A DNA stretch of 32,956 nucleotides from Hydrogenophaga sp. (GTDB lineage: Bacteria > Pseudomonadota > Gammaproteobacteria > Burkholderiales > Burkholderiaceae_C): the NCBI RefSeq assembly GCF_041633695.1, contig NZ_JBFJMY010000001.1, positions 1 to 32,956 on the forward strand, given 5' to 3'. Below are positions 18,726 through 26,891 of this stretch, piece after piece. The first letter of the stretch is position 1. Each line of letters opens with the position of its first letter. Below the pieces are notes generated by a model. The model was not told the origin of the DNA and ran no database searches. It was given only the letters and a program-made list of their open reading frames with translations. The position numbers were made by a program, and so were the translations under genes.

Positions 18726-19967
18726 ATGTCATGCATTCCGATATCGAATGAATTAGCGGGCCAAGCCCAGGTCGTGGCGAGGGCCGAGCCCGACCTGCCG
18801 AGCGCGCTGGTGCTGGTCCTGGCCACCGGGGCGGGCCTTGGGGTGGCGGCTCTGTATTACAGCCAGCCCATGTTGGGTGTGCTGGCGGCAGACATCGGCG
18901 CCAGCACCAGCGCCATCGGCTGGCTGCCCACCCTCGTTCAGCTGGGTTATGCCCTGGGCATACTGTTCCTGGCGCCGCTGGGCGACCGCTACGACCGCCG
19001 CCAGATCATTCTGGGCAAAGCGGTCGCGCTGACCCTCGCGTTGTTGCTGTCGGGTATGGCACCCTCGCTGTGGGCCTTGCTGGTCACGGGCTTGTTCACC
19101 GGCCTGTCCGCCTCCCTGGCGCAAGACATCGTGCCGGCAGCGGCCACCGTGGCACCGGCGGCCCACCGCGGCAGAACCGTGGGCACGGTGATGACGGGCC
19201 TGTTCCTGGGCATCCTGCTCTCGCGCGCGGTCAGCGGTCTGGTGGCCGAACAATTTGGCTGGCGCGCCATGTTCTTTGCGGCGGCGACCAGCATCGCGCT
19301 GATCGGTGTGGCGCTGTGGCGCCACCTGCCCCGCTTTGTACCCACCACCCAACTGGCCTACGGTGCCCTGCTCGCTTCGTTGGGCCAGCTCTGGCTGCGG
19401 CACGCGGTGCTGCGCCGCGCCGCGCTGGCGCAAGGCTTGTTGTCGGTGGGGTTCAGCGCGTTCTGGTCCACCCTGGCGCTGATGCTGCACGGCGCGCCCA
19501 TCCACCTGGGCAGCGCGGCGGCGGGCGCCATTGGCCTGGCCGGTGCCGCCGGCGCACTGGCAGCGCCCCTGGCGGGCCGCTTCTCCGACCGCCACGGCCC
19601 CGAGCGCGTGATCGCGCTGGGCACTGGGCTTGCCGTTTTCAGCTTTGCCGCCATGGTCTTCCTGCCAGGCCTGTCGGCGCCGGCGGGCCTGTGCTTGCTG
19701 GTGGTATGCGCGGTTGGATTCGACCTCGGAGCCCAGGTCTCGCTGGTGGCGCACCAGACCCTGGTCTACGGCATCGATCCCGCCGCCCGCAGCCGCCTCA
19801 ACACGGTGTTGTTCGTGGGCATGTTCACCGGCATGGCGCTGGGCTCCGCCCTGGGCAATCTGCTCCTGGCACGGTGGGGCTGGATGGGCGTCACGGCACT
19901 GGCCACCGGCACGGCGGTGGCGGCGCTGCTGGTGCGCTTGTGGCCCTCCAGCGCCCGCACGGTCTGA
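18726..19967 (+). CDS. MFS transporter (YnfM/arabinose-efflux-like)
   Basis: About 12 hydrophobic segments; motif A LGDRYDRR and GRFSDRHG; YYSQPML. Confidence 0.9.
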   Translation: MSCIPISNELAGQAQVVARAEPDLPSALVLVLATGAGLGVAALYYSQPMLGVLAADIGASTSAIGWLPTLVQLGYALGILFLAPLGDRYDRRQIILGKAVALTLALLLSGMAPSLWALLVTGLFTGLSASLAQDIVPAAATVAPAAHRGRTVGTVMTGLFLGILLSRAVSGLVAEQFGWRAMFFAAATSIALIGVALWRHLPRFVPTTQLAYGALLASLGQLWLRHAVLRRAALAQGLLSVGFSAFWSTLALMLHGAPIHLGSAAAGAIGLAGAAGALAAPLAGRFSDRHGPERVIALGTGLAVFSFAAMVFLPGLSAPAGLCLLVVCAVGFDLGAQVSLVAHQTLVYGIDPAARSRLNTVLFVGMFTGMALGSALGNLLLARWGWMGVTALATGTAVAALLVRLWPSSARTV

Positions 19968-19987
19968 TCACCCGGCGCAAAAACAGC

Positions 19988-20019
19988 ACGGGGGCCACAC
20001 GCGTGTGGCCCCCGTTTTT
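19988..20019. terminator. Terminator between the convergent MFS and glpQ genes
   Basis: ACGGGGGCCACAC-GC-GTGTGGCCCCCGT then TTTT; an A-run lies upstream. Confidence 0.75.
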
Positions 20020-20042
20020 GATGCCAAGGCCGGTGCCGGAAC

Positions 20043-21308
20043 TCAGCGCAGGTTGGCGCAGTTGGCGTAGAAGGTGGTGGTGGCGGGCCAGTCGGAGAAC
20101 ACACCGATCACACCGACCTGGCGGGCCAGCACGTCGAGCACACGCAAGGTGTCGCCCTCGGTCTTGATCGCCTGGTCAAAGCTCTGGTAGTAGAAGCCGT
20201 TGTTGCCGTCGGCCAGGATGCCCGAGCGCTCCAGCGACCAGGCGATCATGTCCAGCCCGGCGGCTTTGGCGTTGCGCGCGTAGGCCGAGGGCACGATGTC
20301 GCCTCGGCCATCCACGTCGAGCAACGCAAAGATGGGCGGAGCCACGGTGTTGATGCCCTGGCGCTTGTAGTTCAGCAGCTCGGCTGCGGTGGGCAGATCG
20401 GCCACGGTGTTGGCGTCGTCCAGATACACCGCCTGGCGGCCGAAGGCCGGCTCGTTCTTCACCCAGTACAGCACGTCTTGCTGATCAAACGATTGCGGCC
20501 ACACGTCGCGCGCCGGCACGCGGGCTTGCTTGTATTCGTCGATCATCTTCTGCGCGTAGTCCTGCTGCGTAAAGCCGTCGAACGGCATCGCCACACTGGC
20601 GCTCTTGAGCTCGGGTGTCATCTTCACGCCCAGGCTCTTGAACAGCTCGATGCTTTCGCGGTGCGTCATCAGCGTGCCGCTGGTGGGGCCTGCGTAGAGA
20701 TCGGTGCGGAAGTTGGCCGTGCCACCCTGGAACTCTTCGGGCGTGAGGGCGGCGCGGTTGGATGCGTCCATCTTGCCGCGCAGGGTCTTGAACTCGGCCA
20801 GCGTGAGGTCGCTGGTGCGGCATTCGGCGCTGGCGGGGCTGAGTACCTTGCCGTTGGCGTCCAGCGTGGCGGGCACAAAGGGCTTGGTGCACTTGGCGGC
20901 CAGCGGCGTGACCAGGATGTTGGTCGTGGTGTGCAAATCGTTCTGCGCGTGGCGGCAGACCAGTTCCTTGTCCTTGGTAAAGGTCACGTCGCATTCCACG
21001 ATGCCCGCACCCATGCGGGCGGCGGCCACGTAAGACTCTTGCGTGTGCTCGGGGAACTGCAGCGAGGCGCCACGGTGGCCAATGGAAAAGTCGCGTGCCG
21101 TGTAGTTGCCGCGCTGTGCGCATTGCTGCAGGCGCTGCTTCAAGGGGCCGTCTTCCAGGTCGTCCATGAGAAAAAACGGGCGCTGGCCCAGTTGCACCTG
21201 GGAATAGCGTTCGAAGTGTTGGTGGCGCTTGTCGTGGTGGCGCGGTGAAGCCTGGGCGGCTCCAGCGGCCAGGCTCAGCAAGGCGAGTCCGAGAATCAGT
21301 TGGCGCAT
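20043..21308 (-). CDS. glpQ: Secreted glycerophosphodiester phosphodiesterase
   Basis: Signal peptide [20 protein letters not shown]; GHRGA…[24 protein letters not shown]; GAGG RBS. Confidence 0.9.
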   Translation of the reverse strand: MRQLILGLALLSLAAGAAQASPRHHDKRHQHFERYSQVQLGQRPFFLMDDLEDGPLKQRLQQCAQRGNYTARDFSIGHRGASLQFPEHTQESYVAAARMGAGIVECDVTFTKDKELVCRHAQNDLHTTTNILVTPLAAKCTKPFVPATLDANGKVLSPASAECRTSDLTLAEFKTLRGKMDASNRAALTPEEFQGGTANFRTDLYAGPTSGTLMTHRESIELFKSLGVKMTPELKSASVAMPFDGFTQQDYAQKMIDEYKQARVPARDVWPQSFDQQDVLYWVKNEPAFGRQAVYLDDANTVADLPTAAELLNYKRQGINTVAPPIFALLDVDGRGDIVPSAYARNAKAAGLDMIAWSLERSGILADGNNGFYYQSFDQAIKTEGDTLRVLDVLARQVGVIGVFSDWPATTTFYANCANLR

Positions 21309-21372
21309 GGGGTTCCTCTTGGGTGAGTGGATCGGTTGGGCATCGATAGGGTGTGCGAAGAACGCATGGCCC

Positions 21373-21427
21373 ATGCTAGGCAGCACCTGTGCAGCTGGTG
21401 TGGCGACACCGTGACAGCCCCATGACA
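21373..21427 (-). promoter_or_regulatory. Pho-box-like PhoB-dependent promoter of glpQ
   Basis: Minus-strand hexamers TGTCAT, TGTCAC, CGCCAC, CTGCAC at an exact 11-bp period, then 10 bp, then TAGCAT (-10). Confidence 0.65.
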
Positions 21428-21445
21428 CCGGCGACCCACCCAGAC

Positions 21446-22717
21446 TCAGTCTTCCATCGTCTGAGCGCGGGCCAGCAAAAGGGCTTTTTCGCGCGCGTTA
21501 TCGGCCAGCGCAGCGGCCCGCTCGAAGCTCTCACGGGCTTCGGCCTTGCGGCCCAGCCGGGCCAAAAAATCGGCCCGCACGCTGTGCAGCCATTGGTAGC
21601 GCTGCAAGGCCTTTTCTTGGTGCAACCCATCGATCACGGCCAGTCCGGCCGCAGGGCCCTGGGCCATGGACACCGCCACGGCACGGTTGAGCTCGACCAC
21701 GGGCGACGGCGCCACCCGCATCAGTTGCGCGTACAGCCCGGCCATGTGCGCCCAGTCGGTGTCGGCGGGCACGGGCGCGCGCGCATGGCAGGCCGCAATC
21801 GCCGCCTGCAGCTGATAAGGCCCGGCGTTCGGGGCCAGCGCTTGGGCCCGCGCCAATGCCGCCAGGCCGCGCCGGATCAGCAAACGGTCCCAGCGCGAAC
21901 GGTCCTGCTCGCCCAGCAGCACCGGGTCGCCTTGTGCGTCGGTGCGCGCGGCGGTGCGCGAGGCCTGTATTTCCAGCAAAGCCAGCAAGCCGTGCACCTC
22001 GGCCTCGTCGGGCGCCAACCCGGCCAGCATGCGCGCCAGGCGCAAGGCTTCGTTGCAGAGTTCGGGGCGCATCCAGTCGCCGCCACTTGTGGCGGTATAG
22101 CCTTCGTTGGAGACGAGGTAGACCACCTCCAGCACCGAAGCCAGGCGCTCAGCAAGCGCATCACCTCGCGGCACTTCAAACGGAACACCCGCCTCGCGCA
22201 GGATGCGCTTGGCGCGCACGATGCGCTGGGCGATGGTGGCCTCGGGCACCAGAAAGGCACGCGCAATTTCGAACGTGGTGAGGCCGCCCAGCAGCTTGAG
22301 CGTGAGCGCCACCCGCGCATCTTTGCCCAGCACCGGATGGCAGGCGGTGAAGATCAGGCGCAACAAATCGTCGCCGATATCGTCCTGCCGCGCGACATCG
22401 AGCGCGTCCACAAAATCGGGCACGGTGAACGCTTCCAGAGCTTGCAGATCGGCGCCGATCTCCTGGTGCCGCAGATCGGCCATCTGGCGGTGGCGCAGGT
22501 GGTCGAGCGCGCGGTGTTTGGCGGTGGTCATGAGCCAGGCGGCCGGGTTCTGCGGAATGCCGTCTTTCGGCCAATGTTCCAGCGCCGACACCAGGGCGTC
22601 TTGCGCCAGCTCTTCGGCCACACCGAGGTCGCGCACCATGCGCGCCACCACCGCCACGGTGCGCGCCGACTCCAGGCGCCAGACCGTGGCAATGGCTTGG
22701 TGAACACCGGAATGCAT
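21446..22717 (-). CDS. ECF sigma factor with C-terminal TPR-like extension (ECF42/DUF6596 type)
   Basis: [24 protein letters not shown] (region 2), [25 protein letters not shown] (region 4), [22 protein letters not shown]; 423 aa; DGPF/YciI gene in the same operon. Confidence 0.92.
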   Translation of the reverse strand: MHSGVHQAIATVWRLESARTVAVVARMVRDLGVAEELAQDALVSALEHWPKDGIPQNPAAWLMTTAKHRALDHLRHRQMADLRHQEIGADLQALEAFTVPDFVDALDVARQDDIGDDLLRLIFTACHPVLGKDARVALTLKLLGGLTTFEIARAFLVPEATIAQRIVRAKRILREAGVPFEVPRGDALAERLASVLEVVYLVSNEGYTATSGGDWMRPELCNEALRLARMLAGLAPDEAEVHGLLALLEIQASRTAARTDAQGDPVLLGEQDRSRWDRLLIRRGLAALARAQALAPNAGPYQLQAAIAACHARAPVPADTDWAHMAGLYAQLMRVAPSPVVELNRAVAVSMAQGPAAGLAVIDGLHQEKALQRYQWLHSVRADFLARLGRKAEARESFERAAALADNAREKALLLARAQTMED

Positions 22718-22733
22718 GGACGTTAACCGTGCC

Positions 22734-23144
22734 TCACATTTGCGCAGGCGCTGCGGCTTCGTCCATCCAGAAGACTTCCCACTGGTGGCCGTCCAGATCG
22801 GCAAATGCGCTCTGGTACATGAAGCCGTGGTCTTGCGGAGCATTGGGTGTGGTCGCACCCGCCGCCACGGCCTTGGCCACCAGCTCGTCCACTTCGGTGC
22901 GGCTCTCGCAACTGAGCGCGATCAGCACTTCGGTGGCCTGCTTGGCATCGGAAATCGGCAACTTGGTGAAGCCCTGGAAAAAGGGCTTCACCAACAACAT
23001 GGCAAAAATGTTTTCGGCAATTTCCAGGCAGGCCCCTTGCTCGTTGGTGAACTGCGGGTTGAAGCGCAGGCCCAGCGCTTTGAAGAAGGCCTGGGACCGC
23101 GCCATGTTCTCGATGGGCAGGTTGACAAAGATCTGGCGGATCAT
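22734..23144 (-). CDS. VOC/glyoxalase family protein
   Basis: IFVNLPI…SQAFFKALG, DHGFMYQSAFADLDGHQWE. Confidence 0.88.
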   Translation of the reverse strand: MIRQIFVNLPIENMARSQAFFKALGLRFNPQFTNEQGACLEIAENIFAMLLVKPFFQGFTKLPISDAKQATEVLIALSCESRTEVDELVAKAVAAGATTPNAPQDHGFMYQSAFADLDGHQWEVFWMDEAAAPAQM

Positions 23145-23176
23145 GGTGGAGGCTCCGGTTGGTGTTGAAAAAAGGA

Positions 23177-23710
23177 TCAAGGCTTTTCGGCCAGGGTCTT
23201 CAGGCTGCTCAGGCCCGCTTCGAAATCCCGGCCAATCATCTGGTCCATGTTGAAGAAGATGCCCATCAGCTTGCTGATGAAGTTGCTGGGGCCGTGCATG
23301 GCCCAGGTCACGCGGGTGGTCCCGTCGCTTTGTGGGGCGAGACTGAAGACCACGGTGTTGTGGCCCTCGAAGGGTTCCAGGATGTCGAGCTGCATGGTCA
23401 CGCTGGCCGGTTCGTCGGCGCCGGTGATGCCTATGCTCCCGCGACCCACGGCCTTGTTGCCTTGCCAGCCGTAACGGGCACCCGGCCCCGCATCGGGCCC
23501 GCTGTACGCCATCTTCATGGCCGGGTCTTTGCGGTTGTACGGATTCCAGAGGTTGAATTGGTGCAGGTCGTTGATCAGCGGGAACAGGCGGTCGGCAGAC
23601 GCGTTGATGGTGGTGCTGCGCTCGACGCGAAACGTGTCCGGGCGGGTCGCCGCGTAGGCCAGCAAAAGAACGATGGCGGCCAGGGCCAGCCAGGCGATGG
23701 TCTTGCTCAT
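23177..23710 (-). CDS. SRPBCC (polyketide cyclase-like) protein with N-terminal membrane anchor
   Basis: AATRPDTFRVERS, WNPY, TRVTWAMHG, DFEAGLSSLK; GGGAG-type spacing before ATG 23710 not strong, start inferred from hydrophobic N-terminus. Confidence 0.85.
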   Translation of the reverse strand: MSKTIAWLALAAIVLLLAYAATRPDTFRVERSTTINASADRLFPLINDLHQFNLWNPYNRKDPAMKMAYSGPDAGPGARYGWQGNKAVGRGSIGITGADEPASVTMQLDILEPFEGHNTVVFSLAPQSDGTTRVTWAMHGPSNFISKLMGIFFNMDQMIGRDFEAGLSSLKTLAEKP

Positions 23711-23739
23711 GTGGACCCGGGAGGTTCGGGTGGTTGGGC

Positions 23740-24171
23740 TCAGGGTTTGAGGCGTTCGTCGAGTCGCCTGAACGTCTCGACCGATTCGCTGGGCGGAAAC
23801 TCGTCGAGTTCGATCAACTGGCGCAGCTCGATCACGGCCGCTTTGCCCTGGCCTGCGGGGTTGGGAAAACGCCGACTCCACTCCAGCGCCTCGTCGCGGT
23901 TGCGCACCTGGATCAGGGTGTAGCCAGCGATCAGCTCCTTGGCTTCGGCAAACGGGCCGTCCACCACACTGCGCTGGCCGTCTGCGGCGTAGTGCACACG
24001 CCAGCCCGTGCGGCTGGGGTGCAGGCCTGCGCCCTCCAGCAGCACGCCCGCGCGCGCCAGTTCCTCGTGGTAGGCCGCCATTTCGCCAAACAGGGCTTCG
24101 TCGGGCGCGCTGGGCGGCACCGTGTCGGCCTCGAACTCGGGGCAGGATTTGACGATGATCATGAAACGCAT
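23740..24171 (-). CDS. YciI-related DGPF protein
   Basis: MRFMIIVK…VVDGPFAEAKELIAGY; AGGAG RBS. Confidence 0.9.
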   Translation of the reverse strand: MRFMIIVKSCPEFEADTVPPSAPDEALFGEMAAYHEELARAGVLLEGAGLHPSRTGWRVHYAADGQRSVVDGPFAEAKELIAGYTLIQVRNRDEALEWSRRFPNPAGQGKAAVIELRQLIELDEFPPSESVETFRRLDERLKP

Positions 24172-24208
24172 GGTGGATCTCCTGGTGTCCTGGTGGTGTG
24201 TTTGCGCA

Positions 24209-25120
24209 TCAAGCCATGAGCGGCTGGATGATGCTGTTGCGGTTGCCTTCGGTGTCCACAAAGGACACATAGCGCCCCACGCCGGGGATGTCCATCGGTT
24301 CGCCCAGCAGCTCGCCACCGTGCTGGCGGATGCGCGCCATGGCGGACGCGATGTCGTCGACCCCGATCACCACCGAGGGGTGCTGCATGGGCCAGTCCGG
24401 CTTGTAGGGGAACAACCCACCGTTGATCGAACCCAGCGCCGCGTGGGGCGGCATGTGGGGACGCGCGCCGGGCAGCGCGGTGGTGACCAACAGGTACTCG
24501 CCCATCTCAGGGCCCAGCATCTCGGTTTTCCAACCGAATGCTTCGCTGTAAAAACGGGCCGCGCGAGCACGGTCTTTGTAGGGCATTTCAAAGTGCACGA
24601 CGGAACACATGGTGGTGGCAGACATGGATCGCTCCTCAAGTTCCGGGTTGGCGGAAAAGGCGCTGTCGAGCGCTGCGATGTCGAGCTTTTTCATGGCCAT
24701 CAGGGCGGCCACCATGCGCTGTTTGCCCGGCGAATCTGGCCCATGTATACGCTCCATCAGTTGCTGCGGCACGACCTGCCACGACACGCCGAAGCGGTCG
24801 GTGAGCCAGCCGCACTGGCCTTGCGCCGGGTCGGCGGCGAGCGCGTTCCAGTAGCGGTCCACCTCGTCTTGTGTCTGGCAGGTGATCACAAAAGACACGG
24901 CGGGGTTGAAAGCCATGGCCTGCGCACCGTTGAGCGCCATCCAGGGCTGGCCGCCGAGCGTGAAGCTCACGGTGAGCACCGTACCTGCCGGCAAGAACAT
25001 GTCGGGGCCGTAGCGCGAGATCGCTCCGATACGCGAGTCGGGAAACACCGAGGTGTAAAAGCGGGCGGCTTCTTCGGCCTGGTGGTCGAACCACAGGCAG
25101 GGTTGAATCGCGGAAATCAT
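24209..25120 (-). CDS. In-frame fusion of a PhnB/3-demethylubiquinone-9 3-methyltransferase-like VOC domain and a glyoxalase VOC domain (internal start at 24625)
   Basis: N-half IQPCLWF…QCGWLTDRFGVSWQVVP…MKKLDIAAL; C-half VVHFEMP…FYSEAFGW…INGG…FVDTEGN; GAGGAG lies 6 nt before internal ATG 24625. Confidence 0.85.
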   Translation of the reverse strand: MISAIQPCLWFDHQAEEAARFYTSVFPDSRIGAISRYGPDMFLPAGTVLTVSFTLGGQPWMALNGAQAMAFNPAVSFVITCQTQDEVDRYWNALAADPAQGQCGWLTDRFGVSWQVVPQQLMERIHGPDSPGKQRMVAALMAMKKLDIAALDSAFSANPELEERSMSATTMCSVVHFEMPYKDRARAARFYSEAFGWKTEMLGPEMGEYLLVTTALPGARPHMPPHAALGSINGGLFPYKPDWPMQHPSVVIGVDDIASAMARIRQHGGELLGEPMDIPGVGRYVSFVDTEGNRNSIIQPLMA

Positions 25121-25180
25121 GGTCGGGCCTTCGGTCCAAAAGTGCGGCGCAAATCGCTGCGAGCCAGTGCGCCGGGTGTT

Positions 25181-25582
25181 TCACAAATGACCGCAGAACT
25201 CGGGCACCGAGCCCCATTGGTCGTGCATGCCATCCACGTAGGTGATGGGGATGCGGGACAGCTCTTCTTCGGTGACGCCCTCGAGGCAACCCAGGTTGAT
25301 GCCGTACATGCGCCCGACCGGCGTGTCGTTGCCCACGCCAAACACCCGGACGCCACAATGCCGGCAGAAAAAGTGGTGGTTCTTTTCCGGGCCGAACACG
25401 TAACGCGTCAGCTCGCTCTCCCCGGACAACTGCCGAAAACCCGCCGGCATGGCCACCGCTGGCCAGAAGCGGTTGCGCCTACAGATCGAGCAGTTGCAGC
25501 GGTAGCTGGACTGGGTGAGATCCAGTTCGGCCTCGACGGCGACCCGGCCGCAATGGCAACTGGCGCGGTAGGTTTTCAGCAT
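25181..25582 (-). CDS. GFA/CENP-V family Zn protein
   Basis: SCHCG, CNCSIC, FCRHCG. Confidence 0.9.
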   Translation of the reverse strand: MLKTYRASCHCGRVAVEAELDLTQSSYRCNCSICRRNRFWPAVAMPAGFRQLSGESELTRYVFGPEKNHHFFCRHCGVRVFGVGNDTPVGRMYGINLGCLEGVTEEELSRIPITYVDGMHDQWGSVPEFCGHL

Positions 25583-25631
25583 GGCAAGACTCCGGTTCGT
25601 ATCCACACGGTCTGGATCGCAGGCCTGCCGC

Positions 25632-25985
25632 TCAGACGTCCAGCACCACTTGAAAACCGCCAAAAATGACCCGCTTGCCGTCAAAAGGCATGGGGTTGGT
25701 GCCGGGGTTCATGCGCGGGTCTTGCATCATTTTGGCCACGCCCGCGTCCCGGACTTCGCGCGACGGCCAGACGATCCACGAGAAGATCACCGTCTCGTCG
25801 GGTTGGCACATCACCGCCTGCGGAAACGAAGTGAGCTTGCCCGGCTGCACATCGTCGCCCCAGCACTCCACCACGCGTAGGGCACCCAACTCTTTGAACA
25901 CCTGCGCGGCCGTCCGGGCATGTTCTAGAAAAGCCGCCTTGTTTTTTTGCGGCACGGCGGCCACAAAACCTTCCACATAGTCCAT
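25632..25985 (-). CDS. DUF1428 (YbaA-like) protein
   Basis: YVEGFVAAVP, VECWGDDVQPGKLTSFPQAV, FSWIVWPS, MPFDGKRVIFGGF. Confidence 0.9.
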   Translation of the reverse strand: MDYVEGFVAAVPQKNKAAFLEHARTAAQVFKELGALRVVECWGDDVQPGKLTSFPQAVMCQPDETVIFSWIVWPSREVRDAGVAKMMQDPRMNPGTNPMPFDGKRVIFGGFQVVLDV

Positions 25986-26034
25986 GGGTCTCTCCGGTTG
26001 CGCAGCTCCATCATGGCGCCGCTTCAATGGGTAC

Positions 26035-26061
26035 GACGAAACAGCGTGCGCGAAATCGACA
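26035..26061 (-). promoter_or_regulatory. ECF42-type promoter of the DUF1428...sigma operon
   Basis: Minus strand TGTCGA(26061-26056)-N16-TCGTC(26039-26035), about 50 nt before the DUF1428 start. Confidence 0.7.
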
Positions 26062-26139
26062 CCTGCAGACCCCGGGAAAACCCTAGACCGCCGACCTCGA
26101 ACGCTGGCGTGGTGAAAACAACACGGCTCCACCGTGGCT

Positions 26140-26889
26140 TTACCGCCAGAGCGCTTTCAGCGGGGTATCGGGTGTGAAACGGTGTGCGATCTGGGCCTGC
26201 AGCAACTCGGCAGACGCCAGTGCATCGGTGAGCGCGTGGTGGGGCCGGTAGCGTGGCAGGCCGTAGCGCTTGCGGCTGTCGGCAAGGCGGATCGAAAGCG
26301 GGGGCGCGCGGCGACCCAGCAAACGCTCGCGCCATCCGATGCGTTGCCCCCGGTGCAGACGCGCTTCCAGCTCCATGGTGTCGATCACCGGAAACTCGAT
26401 GCCTTCCCCGATGCGCGGGCGCAAGGCCCCGTTCAGGAACTGGTATTCGATGTCGCGGCAATGCACCACCAGCACATGGCCCGCCATGCATTGCAGCACC
26501 TCGGCCAGCACGGTCGCCAGATCCGGCGCCTGGCTCACTTGCGAGTCGGTGATGCCGTGGATGGTGACCGACACTTCGCCCAGGGGCACACGCGGTTTGA
26601 GCAGCCAGTGCCGCGAAGCGCTGGCTCGGATGCGATCCAGATCCATAGGCACCAGGCCAATGCTGACGATGCCGTCTTTCACCGGATCAAGCCCCGTGGT
26701 CTCCACGTCGAGTGCCATCAGCGGCACCTGGGCCATTGGGGTATCGCCCGACACGGCTCCGGCTGCGTAATAGGCTTTGAGCCGCGGATCGCGCGCACTT
26801 TGGGCCAGCGCCTCGAAGCGCTGCCGCCAATCGGGTGTGGCGGTTTGGGCACCCCAACCCGGCCCACGGAGCAAGCCCGGGTGCAACAT
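26140..26889 (-). CDS. DEDDh (DnaQ-like) 3'-5' exonuclease
   Basis: ExoI LDVETTGLD, IHGIT, ExoII VHCRDIE, IDTMELE, ExoIII HHALTDA. ATG is 2 nt after the upstream stop. Confidence 0.9.
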   Translation of the reverse strand: MLHPGLLRGPGWGAQTATPDWRQRFEALAQSARDPRLKAYYAAGAVSGDTPMAQVPLMALDVETTGLDPVKDGIVSIGLVPMDLDRIRASASRHWLLKPRVPLGEVSVTIHGITDSQVSQAPDLATVLAEVLQCMAGHVLVVHCRDIEYQFLNGALRPRIGEGIEFPVIDTMELEARLHRGQRIGWRERLLGRRAPPLSIRLADSRKRYGLPRYRPHHALTDALASAELLQAQIAHRFTPDTPLKALWR

Positions 26890-26891
26890 GC

